In this document: piece after piece, positions 1 to 8,812 of the stretch
Layout of the letters: each line of letters opens with the position of its first letter
Position numbering within the stretch: position 1 is the stretch's first letter
Source of the DNA: an uncultured Actinomycetes bacterium
GTDB lineage: Bacteria > Actinomycetota > Thermoleophilia > Solirubrobacterales > Solirubrobacteraceae
Direction of reading: 5' to 3'
DNA: 32,000 nt
Assembly (NCBI GenBank): GCA_963835295.1
Contig: CAWIEX010000012.1
Span: 646,089-678,088, forward strand
The notes under the pieces: generated by a model
Database searches by the model: none
What the model was told of the DNA's origin: nothing
Seen by the model: only the letters and a program-made list of their open reading frames with translations
Position numbers and translations under genes: made by a program

Positions 1-642
1 GAGGTGCCAGGGGCTCGGCCGGACGAGGACCTCGGCGCCCGTCCGGCGGAGCTGCTCGACCGCGGTGGGCACCGCGTCCGGGCCGAGCAGGCCGCCCGCC
101 GCCGTGGTGCGGCGCTGGTGGGCGTTGAAGGCGGCCGCAATGCGGCCGTCCAGGGGATCGGCCGGGGTCAGGGCGAAGCGACCGACGACCGTGAGCGCGA
201 GCAGCACAGGACAGCCACTGGCCGTGCAGGCGCCGAGCATCGCGGCCAGCTCGTCGGCGGTCAGCATGTCGAGCAGCGCCGAGGCGACGACGAGGCTCGC
301 GTCGGCGAGCTCGCCGGGCGCCAGCCGGGTGATGTCGGACCGCCGCACCTCGAGGGTGACCGCGGCCCCGTCGGCGGCCGGTCCCGGGGGGTCCTCCATG
401 GCGAGCTCCAGCAGATCCGCGTCGCGGTCGTGCACCACCCAGTGCTGGCGCCCGGGCAGGCGCGGCGCGAGCCAGCGGCCCATCGCGCCGCTGCCGCCGC
501 CCAGGTCGTGGATCACGAGGCGCCCGCTAGCGGGGAGGTGGCGCCCGAGGCGCTGCACGAGCTCGACCGAGCGCGCCGCCGCGTCGGCCGGCTCGCGCAG
601 CGCGAGCCAGTGTGGGCTGGTGCGGACGGCCCGCGCGATCAT
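1..642 (-). CDS. Class I SAM-dependent methyltransferase; 3' end runs off the window
   Basis: Absent from the ORF track because it is open at the window edge. My minus-strand translation from ATG 642 reads [62 protein letters not shown]... and contains SAM motif I (hhDLGxGxG). The ATG overlaps the upstream glycosyltransferase stop (ATGA). Confidence 0.7.
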   Translation of the reverse strand, partial: MIARAVRTSPHWLALREPADAAARSVELVQRLGRHLPASGRLVIHDLGGGSGAMGRWLAPRLPGRQHWVVHDRDADLLELAMEDPPGPAADGAAVTLEVRRSDITRLAPGELADASLVVASALLDMLTADELAAMLGACTASGCPVLLALTVVGRFALTPADPLDGRIAAAFNAHQRRTTAAGGLLGPDAVPTAVEQLRRTGAEVLVRPSPWHL

Positions 643-1706
643 CGCGCTGCTCCCGCGAGGACGCCGGCGACCACGGACGTGGTGGCCGGCCACCCGCGCA
701 GCGACGCGCGCCGCTCCCGGGCGGCCCGGCGCAGGCGCCCACGCAGATCGGCGTCGCCGAGCCAGGTGCGCAGCGCAGCGCCGAGGGCCGCTGGGTCGCC
801 GGGCGCCACCAGCAGCCCCGGCCGAGTGCTGTCCGCTGCGCGCCCGAGGGCTTCGGTCACCCCGCCGACCTCGGCGGCGAGGACCGGCAGGCCGCGGGCC
901 AGGGCCTCGGTGACGACCATGCCGTACGTCTCGGCGCGCGAGGCGAGCACGAGCAGGTCCGCGCCGGCGTACGCGCGATCGAGCTCGGAGCCGATGCGCG
1001 CTCCCGCGAACCGCACCCGGTCGCCCAGGCCCTTCTCCCGGGTCGCGCGCTGCACGCCGTCGGCGAAGGCCGGGTCGCGGTCCAGGCTGCCCACGCATGC
1101 ACAGCGCCAGGACAGGTCCGTCGTCGTCGCCAGCGCGTCGAGCAGCACGTCGTGGCCCTTGTCGGGCGTCACGGCCGCCACGCAGAGCAGGGCGTCGCCG
1201 GCCGCGGTCCCCGGCGCCAGGCCGGCGGCGTCGACGCCGGGCTCGGCCACGTAGACGCGGTCGGCCGGCAGCGCGTAGAGCTCCCCGAGCCGGCCCCGAG
1301 CCCAGGCGCTGGTCGTGACCACGGCGGCCGCCGCCGCGAGGACCTCGCGCTCGCGCGCGCGCACCGCGCCGGCCTGGTCGTCGGGCGGGCGGTGGCCCAG
1401 CGGCATGTGCACGAGCACGACCTGCGCCAGGCGGCCCGCCTGCGGCACGAGCGCCTCGGGGGCGGCGGACGCGATCAGCCCGTCGAGCAGCACCACGGCG
1501 CCGTCCGGGATCCGCCGCACAGCGCGCGCGAGGGCGGCGTGTCCCGCCGCGCTCGCACGCGGCCAGGCGCCGGCGATCGGATGCTCGTGCACGGCCCAGC
1601 CCAGCGCGGCGAGCTCCCGGCAGACCCGGCGGTCGTAGGCGTTGCCGCCGCTCGGGTGCGCCGGGTCGTCGATGCCCTCGGGGACGACGAAGTGGACCTC
1701 CGTCAC
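639..1706 (-). CDS. GT-B fold glycosyltransferase (group 1 / GT4-like)
   Basis: These are the last 355 codons of track ORF 639..2672. GTG 1706 overlaps the PTPS-like stop (GTGA). The N-terminus is [11 protein letters not shown]. The C-terminal domain '[34 protein letters not shown]' matches the GT1 donor-binding motif. The upstream ~320 aa of the track ORF are Arg/Pro-rich shadow. Confidence 0.8.
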   Translation of the reverse strand: MTEVHFVVPEGIDDPAHPSGGNAYDRRVCRELAALGWAVHEHPIAGAWPRASAAGHAALARAVRRIPDGAVVLLDGLIASAAPEALVPQAGRLAQVVLVHMPLGHRPPDDQAGAVRAREREVLAAAAAVVTTSAWARGRLGELYALPADRVYVAEPGVDAAGLAPGTAAGDALLCVAAVTPDKGHDVLLDALATTTDLSWRCACVGSLDRDPAFADGVQRATREKGLGDRVRFAGARIGSELDRAYAGADLLVLASRAETYGMVVTEALARGLPVLAAEVGGVTEALGRAADSTRPGLLVAPGDPAALGAALRTWLGDADLRGRLRRAARERRASLRGWPATTSVVAGVLAGAAR

Positions 1707-2101
1707 AGCGGCCGCTCGTAGCTCGCCCACGCGACGTGGGACTCGTGCAGCGTGACGACGAGCCCCTCGAGCTCCCGCGCGCCTTCGCCCAGGGCGCCGG
1801 CCCGCGCGCGCTCGGCGAGCCGGTCCGCGACGACCTGCGCGAGCGCCTCGGTCGTCGTGTTCATGCCCGCGAGGCCCGGCTCGTCGTCGAGGTTGCGGTA
1901 GCCGAGCTCGCCCACCACGGCGCGCAGCGCCTCGGCGGCGCGGCCGATGTCGACCACGATCCCGTCGGCGTCGAGGGCCGCGCGGCGGAAGGTGACGTCG
2001 ACCACGTACGTCGCGCCGTGCAGGCGCTGGGCGGGCCCGAACACCTCGCCGCGCAGGGTGTGGGCGATCATCATGTGGTCGCGGACGGTCACGCTGAACA
2101 C
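1703..2101 (-). CDS. 6-pyruvoyl-tetrahydropterin synthase/QueD-family T-fold protein, catalytically degenerate
   Basis: 132 aa with a GTG start. The family pattern is '...[27 protein letters not shown]...'. The family CxxxHGH motif reads AQRLHGA, so the Cys and one Zn-binding His are missing. Confidence 0.75.
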   Translation of the reverse strand: MFSVTVRDHMMIAHTLRGEVFGPAQRLHGATYVVDVTFRRAALDADGIVVDIGRAAEALRAVVGELGYRNLDDEPGLAGMNTTTEALAQVVADRLAERARAGALGEGARELEGLVVTLHESHVAWASYERPL

Positions 2102-2104
2102 GCG

Positions 2105-3145
2105 CTAGCCACCGTCGTAGGTGATGGTGTGACAGAGCGCCGGGAGGCTTCCCGCGGCCAGGCGGGCCATGACGGCAGGCAGCTCCTCGAAGCGCGACTC
2201 GCCGGTGACGAGCACGTCGAAGGCCGGGTCGCGCAGCAGGTCGAGCGCGAGCGCCAGCCGGTCGGCCGACGTCCGGCGCGCGCTGCGGGCGGGGGACACC
2301 GTGCCGACCTGGCTGGCGCGGAGCCCCAGGCGGCCCGCGTGGAAGGCGCCGCCCAGCGAGAGGCGCACCTCGGCGTCGCCGTACCAGCTGAGGTCGAGCA
2401 CCGTGCCCTCGGGCGCGAGCAGGTCCAGCGAGCACTGCAGGCCGGCCGAGGTCGCGCTCGTGTGCACGACCAGGTCGCACCCGCCAGCGGCGTCGGCCGG
2501 CCGCGCGAAGCGGGCGCCGAGCGCCGCCGCGACCTCGGCCCGAGACGCGTCGATGTCCACGAGCGTGACGTCGAGCGCCGGGAACCGGGCCAGCAGGCGG
2601 GCGACGCAGCAGCCGACCATCCCGGCGCCGACGACGGCGACGCGGTCGCCGAGCAACGGGGGCGCATCCCACAGGGCGTTGACGGCGGTCTCGACGGTCC
2701 CGGCGAGCACGGCCCGCGCAGGGGGCACGTCGTCGGGCACGACGGACACCGCCTCCGCCGGCACGACATAGGCCGTCTGGTGCGGATAGAGGCAGAACAC
2801 CGTGCGCCCGCGCAGCTCCGCCGGCCCCTGCTCGACGGCGCCCACGTTGAGGTAGCCGTACTTGACCGGCCCCGGGAAGTCCCCCTCCTGGAACGGCGCG
2901 CGCATCGCGGCATACTGGCTCGCCGGCACGCCGCCCCGGAAGACCAGCGTCTCGGTCCCGCGGCTGACCCCGGAGCGCAGCGTGCGCACCATCACGTCAC
3001 CGCGCCCCGGCTCGGGCAGAGCGACGGGCCGGATCTCCCCGCGCCCCGGTGCGCGCAGCCAGAACGCGTTCGCGTCGTCGAGCACGTCCCTATGCCTCGG
3101 CTTGGTGCGCCATGAGCCTGTGATGCCCCGGGGGGCCTGGGCCAT
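2105..3145 (-). CDS. MDR-superfamily (zinc-ADH-like) dehydrogenase
   Basis: 'RSGVSRGTETLVFRG' is a BchC-like GxSxGTE motif in place of the usual GHE/Cys zinc ligands. The Rossmann motif is 'VAVVGAGMVGCCVARLL'. The start is ATG 3145; an alternative GTG 3085 is preceded by GAGG at a 9-nt spacing. The stop lies 3 nt before the PTPS-like start. Confidence 0.75.
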   Translation of the reverse strand: MAQAPRGITGSWRTKPRHRDVLDDANAFWLRAPGRGEIRPVALPEPGRGDVMVRTLRSGVSRGTETLVFRGGVPASQYAAMRAPFQEGDFPGPVKYGYLNVGAVEQGPAELRGRTVFCLYPHQTAYVVPAEAVSVVPDDVPPARAVLAGTVETAVNALWDAPPLLGDRVAVVGAGMVGCCVARLLARFPALDVTLVDIDASRAEVAAALGARFARPADAAGGCDLVVHTSATSAGLQCSLDLLAPEGTVLDLSWYGDAEVRLSLGGAFHAGRLGLRASQVGTVSPARSARRTSADRLALALDLLRDPAFDVLVTGESRFEELPAVMARLAAGSLPALCHTITYDGG

Positions 3146-3236
3146 CACCCACCCAGACGCCCTGCCGGCGGCCATCCTTCCCGGGCGTGCCGTTCGGTGG
3201 ACGCCGGCGGGCGGTCCACCGTACCCTCCGGAGTCG

Positions 3237-4232
3237 ATGAAGCGGACGCCTGTCTCGCGGTTCCCCGACGTGCAGGCGTCGGCACCGGCCATCCAGGTGT
3301 CGCTCTCGCGGGTGGGCGTGACGAACGTCGAGAAGGTCATCCGGATCGGCCCCGCTGGCGCCGAGCAGCTCTACTACGCCAAGCTCGACTGCTTCGTCGA
3401 TCTCGGCCCGGACCAGAAGGGCGCGCACATGTCGCGCTTCGAGGAGGTCGTCAACGACGTCATCGGCGAGGTGGTGCTGGGCGAGAGCGGCTTCAAGGCC
3501 GAGCAGCTGGCCCAGCACATGGCCGAGCAGGTGCGCGAGCGCCAGGACGCCCGGCGCGCCGAGGTGACGATCGCCGCTCGCTATCCCGAGCACAAGCCCG
3601 CGCCGGTGTCGGGGATCGCGACGCAGGAGATCTACACGCTGCACGGCGCGGCGGTCGCCTCCGAGCACGGGACGCGCCGCCTGGTGGGGGTCGCCGCGCA
3701 GGGGATGACCGCGTGCCCGTGCGCGCAGGGGCTCGTCGCCGGGCGCTCGCGCGAGCGCCTCGTGGCCGACGGCTTCAGCGACGACGAGATCGAGCGCATC
3801 CTCGAGGCCGTTCCGGTGGCCACGCACAACCAGCGCGGCCTGGGCACGCTGTACCTCGGGCTGCCCGAGGCCTGCGAGAGCGACGTGGACGCCGCGGAGC
3901 TCCTCGGGATCGTCGAGGACTCGATGTCGAGCGAGATCTACGAGCTCATGAAGCGCTCCGACGAGGGGGCCGTGGTCGAGAAGGCCCACCGGCGCCCGCG
4001 CTTCGTCGAGGACTGCGTGCGCGAGGCGATCCGCGGCGCGATCGAGCGCTTCGACAGCTTGGGCGACGACGCGTTCGTGTCCTCGCGCCAGGAGAACCTC
4101 GAGACCATCCACCAGCACAACGTCGTCGCCGAGCGCTTCGGGCTGCTGGGCGAGTTGCGCCGCGAGCTCGACGCGGGCCTCCACGTCGCGCATCACATGA
4201 CGATGCGCGAGTGGCTCGACGCCGCCGCCTGA
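3237..4232 (+). CDS. folE2: GTP cyclohydrolase, FolE2/MptA family (type IB/IV, COG1469)
   Basis: Taken from ATG 3237 within track ORF 2862..4232. GGAG lies just upstream. Family motifs are 'DQKGAHMSRFEE', 'AQGMTACPCAQ' and 'VPVATHNQRGLG'. I cannot distinguish FolE2 from MptA chemistry by eye. Confidence 0.8.
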   Translation: MKRTPVSRFPDVQASAPAIQVSLSRVGVTNVEKVIRIGPAGAEQLYYAKLDCFVDLGPDQKGAHMSRFEEVVNDVIGEVVLGESGFKAEQLAQHMAEQVRERQDARRAEVTIAARYPEHKPAPVSGIATQEIYTLHGAAVASEHGTRRLVGVAAQGMTACPCAQGLVAGRSRERLVADGFSDDEIERILEAVPVATHNQRGLGTLYLGLPEACESDVDAAELLGIVEDSMSSEIYELMKRSDEGAVVEKAHRRPRFVEDCVREAIRGAIERFDSLGDDAFVSSRQENLETIHQHNVVAERFGLLGELRRELDAGLHVAHHMTMREWLDAAA

Positions 4233-5324
4233 TCAGCGCAGCCGGATCTGGTCGGCGCCGTGCACCCTGAGGTGGTCGAGCGCGGAGCCGCTCGCCTCGG
4301 CCACGCCCAGGCGGTCGACGAGCGCCGTGTAGCGGCCTCCCGCCAGGCCGTCGGCCAGGACCGCCGCACCGTGCGCGGCGGCGCTGGCGCCCGCGCCGAC
4401 GCCCGCCACCGCCCGCACGGGCGCGAGGCCCGCAAGGCGCTCGCCGAGCGCCTCGATCACGCCCGGCGCCCGCGCCAGGCGCCCCGCGACGAGGACCTCG
4501 CGCGGCGCCGGCGCGCTGGCGGTCAGCGCCAGCGCCGCCTTCGCCGCGCCCTCCTCGAGCGCGAGCCACCCCTCGCGGTGGCGCGGGTCGTGTCGCAGCC
4601 CCGCAAGCCCGGCGGAGAGATCGAGCTCGCCCCGCGGGTCGAGCGCGCCGCCGCTGAACACGGTCCGCTTCGAGAGCGCGCCGCCAAGGAGGTAGGCCAC
4701 CTCGGCGTCGAGCGCACCGCACGCCCGCGCCCCGATCGGGCCGGCCGAGCCGCCGAGCCCATCGACGATGCGCCCGCCGTCGACGGCCACCGCAGCGCTG
4801 AACCCACCGCCGAGCTCGAGCATAACGAACGAGGTCTCGGCGAAGTCGACGGCGAGGCGGCGCGCCTGGTCGACGATGCACAGCGCGACGCTCGCGACCT
4901 TGTCGGCGGTCCCCAGGTCGATGCGGTTCCACTTGCGGTGCGCGGGGATCGTGGGCAGGTGGATCGCTCCCGGGCCGAAGACCAGTGGCAGGCCCGCGGC
5001 GATGAGCGCGTGCACCGTCGCGCGCATCCCGCCGACGCCGACGGGGCCGTGGGGCTCGTCCTCACGCAGCAGCACGATGAGCGCAAGCTCGCGCTCGCCG
5101 ACCTGGTCGCCGGGCACGAGCGGCAGCCCGTAGCCGGCCGGGCCGAGCACGAGCTCGAACGGCCCGTGCTCGACGAGCACCTCGACCAGCGGCGCGGGAT
5201 CGACGCCCACGTCGGCGGTGGCGAAGCTGCGCTCGAGGACGACCTCGCCGCCGTCGAGCGCGCACACGTCGAACGACACGGTCCCCGGGTCGATGCCGGC
5301 CACCCGCGGGCCGTCGCGGCTCAA
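4233..5324 (-). CDS. ASKHA-fold protein, DUF1464 / 'predicted butyrate kinase'-like
   Basis: 363 aa. The N-terminal 'VAGIDPGTVSFDV' is phosphate-1-like, and 'MLELGGGFSAAVAVDGGRIVDG' is also present. The TTG start overlaps the mtd stop (TTGA). The family assignment is from memory only. Confidence 0.5.
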   Translation of the reverse strand: MSRDGPRVAGIDPGTVSFDVCALDGGEVVLERSFATADVGVDPAPLVEVLVEHGPFELVLGPAGYGLPLVPGDQVGERELALIVLLREDEPHGPVGVGGMRATVHALIAAGLPLVFGPGAIHLPTIPAHRKWNRIDLGTADKVASVALCIVDQARRLAVDFAETSFVMLELGGGFSAAVAVDGGRIVDGLGGSAGPIGARACGALDAEVAYLLGGALSKRTVFSGGALDPRGELDLSAGLAGLRHDPRHREGWLALEEGAAKAALALTASAPAPREVLVAGRLARAPGVIEALGERLAGLAPVRAVAGVGAGASAAAHGAAVLADGLAGGRYTALVDRLGVAEASGSALDHLRVHGADQIRLR

Positions 5325-6190
5325 ACGAGCTCCTTGGCGACCTCGTACACGGTGTCGGTGTCGAAGACCTTGTCGTTGCTCTCGAACATCCGCCGTATGC
5401 AGGTCTTGTGGACCTTCATCTTCGGCCCGCCGATGGCCAGCGCGCCGAGCACGAGCTTGCCGTCGTAGTCGACGAGGTCGTCGGTTGCCTTGGTGCCCTC
5501 GAGGCCGAGCGGGTCGGCCGCGTTGTAGTCCGCCAGCAGCTCGAGGCTCGGGTGCTGAGACCAGAAGTCCTCGCGCAGCACCTCCACGCCGGCCGGTCCC
5601 GCGGACAGGACGACCTGCGCGTCCTCCAGGGTCGCCTCCAGCTCCGAGCGGTCCTTGGGCTCGCGCGGGTCCAGGCCGAGCTCCTCGGCCGCATCGAGGC
5701 CCCGGGGGCGGCGATAGGGGCGGTCGTCGTCGAAGAGGTCCGGCGGGAGCGGGGCCACGACGACCTCGCAGCCCTCCTTCTGCAGCAGGATCGCCGACCG
5801 CAGCCCGACGGACCCGAGACCGAGCACGGCCGCCCGCTTGCCCTTCAGGTCGTAGCTCTTGGCGATCCGCGCGATCGTCGTCGCCGCGGTCGTGTTGCAG
5901 CCGTTGGAGTCGAGCATCACGGAGACCTTGAACGGTCCGAAGAACGCCTTCTGGACCTCGGCGAAGATCTCCTCGCCGGCGGCCACGTGCTTGCCCCCGA
6001 CCCAGATGGCCGTGTTCTTCAGGTCATCTGGCCCGCGGGTGAAGAACGCGTCCTGCGCGAGCGCGCGCGCGTCCTGCGGCTTCACCTTGCCGTGGGAGAG
6101 CAGGACGTCGACGTCGGCGTCGTGGGCCACGATCGCGTCGAACGGGCTCGGGTGCTCCTCGGTGTCGAGCTGGAGCAGGATTCTCTTCAC
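5321..6190 (-). CDS. mtdB: NAD(P)-dependent methylene-tetrahydromethanopterin dehydrogenase (MtdA/MtdB family)
   Basis: 289 aa. The sequence 'MKRILLQLDTEEHPSPFDAIVAHDADVD...AIWVGGKHV...FGPFKVSVMLDSNGCNTTAAT...LGLGSVGLR' is typical of Mtd. The GTG start overlaps the upstream stop (GTGA). MtdA and MtdB were not discriminated. Confidence 0.85.
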   Translation of the reverse strand: MKRILLQLDTEEHPSPFDAIVAHDADVDVLLSHGKVKPQDARALAQDAFFTRGPDDLKNTAIWVGGKHVAAGEEIFAEVQKAFFGPFKVSVMLDSNGCNTTAATTIARIAKSYDLKGKRAAVLGLGSVGLRSAILLQKEGCEVVVAPLPPDLFDDDRPYRRPRGLDAAEELGLDPREPKDRSELEATLEDAQVVLSAGPAGVEVLREDFWSQHPSLELLADYNAADPLGLEGTKATDDLVDYDGKLVLGALAIGGPKMKVHKTCIRRMFESNDKVFDTDTVYEVAKELV

Positions 6191-7494
6191 GATCCCTCCT
6201 CGGTCTCGTCGTCGGGCGATGCCTTGGTGGAGCGGGCGGTCAGCCGGACGCGCTCGCGACGCGGCTCGGCGAAGGTCAGGTAGCCCCAGTCGAGCGGGGA
6301 CTCCTGGCGGTAGTTCTTGCCCAGCCCCCGGGCGATGGAAGCCTTCATCAGCTCCTTGCCCAGGTAGAAGGCGTGGGTGTGCTCGTCGACGCCGAGCTCG
6401 TCGAAGATCGCGTTGATGTCGGTGCCCTTCACGAAGCGCTCGGCGTTGAAGGCGTAGATCCAGTCGGCGTCCGCGAAGATGCGGATGTTGGGGTCGGTGA
6501 TGCTCGCGTGCAGCTCGCGCAGCTCGGCTTCCGTGTAGGGGCGGACCTCCTCGTCCTTGATCGTCAGCAGCCGCCCGTCGACGTGCTTGGGCGGCGTCCC
6601 CTCCTGCTGGGCGAAGTGCATGAGCTGGGCGGCCAGGACGGCCTCCCGGACCGCGCCCCGCGCCCAGTCGATGACCTCCGTGGTCAGCACGTTGCGGATC
6701 CCGAGCTCCTGACAGAAGCCGAGCAGCATCGCCGTGACCCCGGTGGTGTCGGCCTCGGTGAGCTCGGTCAGGTTGCCGATGCCCATCAGCATCTCGGCGT
6801 CGGGGTGGCGGCGGCGCGTCTCCAGGTAGCGGCCGAGGCTCGCGGCGAAGCCCGAGCCGATCGGCTCGATGATCGGGTCGACGAGGAAGGGCTTGCCGAG
6901 CGCTTGGAGGTGGGCGATGGTGGCGTCGAGGCTGTCGAGGTCATCGGGCGTGTCGGGGATCAGCACCGGCGTCGCGCGCAGCTGCTGCGCGACATGGCGG
7001 TTGTCCCCGTTGAGGCTGAGGACGTAGTCCACGCCCGCCGCGTCGGCCATGAGGATCTCGTCGGGGTCAAGCGTGTCGATGCTGAGCGTGAAGCCGCGCG
7101 CCTTGAGGTCGGCGATCACCTCCGGGCCCTCGTCGAGCCAGTCGCGGTCCAGCGAGAGCCCGAGGTCGATGACGTCGGCGCCGGCGTCGCGGTAGTAGCT
7201 CGCCGCCGCGACGATACGCTCGCGGTCCAGGCGCGGGACGTTGTTGATCTCGGCGAAGACCCGGATGTCGCGCGCGCCGTAGCGCGAGCGGGCGTCGGCC
7301 TGCCCGAAGAAGGCGGGCAGCCGCTTGAGGTCGGCCGGGCCCTTGTCGGCCGGGATGCCGAAGTGCTCGCTGAGCACCGCGGGGTCGCCCTCGCACAGGC
7401 CCGGGATCATGATCCGCGTCACGTCCGGCGGGAGCTCCAGGCGCTTGGCGATCCAGGCCGGGGTCATGAGCGCCGCGACCGTGATCTTCATCAC
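6187..7494 (-). CDS. Dihydropteroate synthase-like protein of H4MPT biosynthesis (pterin-binding barrel plus N-terminal domain); 5' end probably extends to ~7600
   Basis: 435 aa from GTG 7494. It has a pterin-binding DHPS-like core ('GADVIDLGL...TLSIDT...MGIGNLTELTEADTTGV'). The frame stays open up to the pcd stop and encodes 'RYLFVTGKLAAPALRETLRRAELPFDYDVAV', which resembles the family N-terminus (see finding). Confidence 0.8.
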   Translation of the reverse strand: MMKITVAALMTPAWIAKRLELPPDVTRIMIPGLCEGDPAVLSEHFGIPADKGPADLKRLPAFFGQADARSRYGARDIRVFAEINNVPRLDRERIVAAASYYRDAGADVIDLGLSLDRDWLDEGPEVIADLKARGFTLSIDTLDPDEILMADAAGVDYVLSLNGDNRHVAQQLRATPVLIPDTPDDLDSLDATIAHLQALGKPFLVDPIIEPIGSGFAASLGRYLETRRRHPDAEMLMGIGNLTELTEADTTGVTAMLLGFCQELGIRNVLTTEVIDWARGAVREAVLAAQLMHFAQQEGTPPKHVDGRLLTIKDEEVRPYTEAELRELHASITDPNIRIFADADWIYAFNAERFVKGTDINAIFDELGVDEHTHAFYLGKELMKASIARGLGKNYRQESPLDWGYLTFAEPRRERVRLTARSTKASPDDETEEGS

Positions 7495-7605
7495 GGCGAC
7501 GTCGTAGTCGAACGGCAGCTCCGCGCGCCGCAGCGTCTCGCGCAGCGCGGGCGCCGCGAGCTTGCCGGTTACGAAGAGGTAGCGATCGGCTATCGCGGGG
7601 GCCCA

Positions 7606-7983
7606 CTAACGTCCGCCCTTGCTGAAGACGAACTTGTTCGGGGTGCCCTCCAGCGCGCTGCCTTCCTCCGGGCGCCACAGCACCGTGTCCTCGATCTTGC
7701 GCGCCACCGCGAAGTCCTTGTCGGTGATGCCGCCGGCGGCATGGTTGCGCAGCTTGACCCACAGCTTGCCCCAGGTCACCGAGAGGTCGGCGTGGTGGTA
7801 GGCCGCCTCGCACACGAAGCCGACGGCGTTGACGACCATGAGCGTCGTCGGCCAGCCATCGGTGTTGTACTTGCGACGGATCCACTCGCCCTCGAGGTAC
7901 CAGTCGTCGAGGCCGTGCTCCTTGAGCTTGGCCTCCACCTCGTCGGCCTCGTAGGTCTTGGGCTTGGCGTCTGTCTCTGCCAT
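7606..7983 (-). CDS. Pterin-4-alpha-carbinolamine dehydratase (PCD/DCoH family)
   Basis: 125 aa. AAGGAGG lies 6 nt upstream of ATG 7983. Family-like segments are 'LEGEWIRRKYNTDGWPTTLMVVNAVGFVCEAAYHHADLSVTWGKLWVKL' and 'GGITDKDF'. Confidence 0.8.
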   Translation of the reverse strand: MAETDAKPKTYEADEVEAKLKEHGLDDWYLEGEWIRRKYNTDGWPTTLMVVNAVGFVCEAAYHHADLSVTWGKLWVKLRNHAAGGITDKDFAVARKIEDTVLWRPEEGSALEGTPNKFVFSKGGR

Positions 7984-8026
7984 TGCAGTCCTCCTTCGGT
8001 CACCGCTGACTACAGCACCACGGGCG

Positions 8027-8686
8027 CTACATGACCACCCCGCCGTTGACGTTGACCGCCTGTCCGGTGACGAACGCGGCCTCGGGCGAGGCGAGGTAGA
8101 GCGCTGCGCCCGCCACGTCCTGCGGCCGGCCCCACCGCCCGAGCGGCGTCGCCTCCGCGACCGAGCGGTGGAACTCGCGATCGGCCTGCTCGGCGAAGCT
8201 CGTCTCGATCCACCCGGGGCACAGGACGTTGACGCGCACGTCGGGAGCCAGGGCGCGCGCGAGGCTCTTGCTGAAGGCCAGGACGCCGCCCTTCACGGCG
8301 GAGAACACCAGCGGGTCGTCGCCGGCCATGCCGATCGTCACGTGGTCCCAGCTCATGTTGAGGATCGTCCCGCCGCGCTCCTGCTCGCGCATTATCTCGC
8401 CGGCCGCGTACGAGCAGGCGATCGTGCCCTTGAGGTCGACCGCCAGCAGCGCGTCGAGCTTGCGCTCCCACTCCCAGGCCGCCGCGTCGCCGGTGAGCAC
8501 GTCGGCGCCCGCGTTGTTGACCCACACGTCGAGGCCGCCGAGCTCGTCGCGCGCCTGCGCCACGAGGCGCTCGCACGCCTCGCGCGTGCCGAGGTCGGCC
8601 TGCGCGACCAACGCGCGCCCGCCGCGCCCGGCGATCGCGTCGGCGACCTCGCGGGCGCGCTCCGGCGACGCGCGGTGCGTCAGCAA
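8027..8686 (-). CDS. Short-chain dehydrogenase/reductase (SDR); true 5' end must lie upstream, at >=8767
   Basis: The canonical ORF runs from TTG 8686 and contains 'NNAG' and the catalytic region 'SAVKGGVLAFSKSLA' (an S...K arrangement). The cofactor motif 'RLAGLRAVVTGASSGIGRAIAETF' is encoded in-frame upstream (8687-8790) with no ATG/GTG/TTG. An in-frame CTG sits at 8767. Confidence 0.8.
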   Translation of the reverse strand: MLTHRASPERAREVADAIAGRGGRALVAQADLGTREACERLVAQARDELGGLDVWVNNAGADVLTGDAAAWEWERKLDALLAVDLKGTIACSYAAGEIMREQERGGTILNMSWDHVTIGMAGDDPLVFSAVKGGVLAFSKSLARALAPDVRVNVLCPGWIETSFAEQADREFHRSVAEATPLGRWGRPQDVAGAALYLASPEAAFVTGQAVNVNGGVVM

Positions 8687-8812
8687 GACCGACGCGCCCT
8701 GCGCGGCGAACGTCTCGGCGATGGCGCGGCCGATCCCGCTGCTCGCTCCGGTGACGACAGCGCGCAGGCCGGCGAGCCGGCCTGCGCCGGCGGATGGATC
8801 CGACGTGGCCGG

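Noticed and set aside
4-1254. Long plus-strand ORFs (4..1254, 65..913, 612..1721) across the first 1.7 kb
   Set aside because: Their Arg/Ala/Pro/Gly-rich, low-complexity translations are typical of antisense frames in high-GC DNA. The minus strand encodes recognisable methyltransferase and glycosyltransferase domains.
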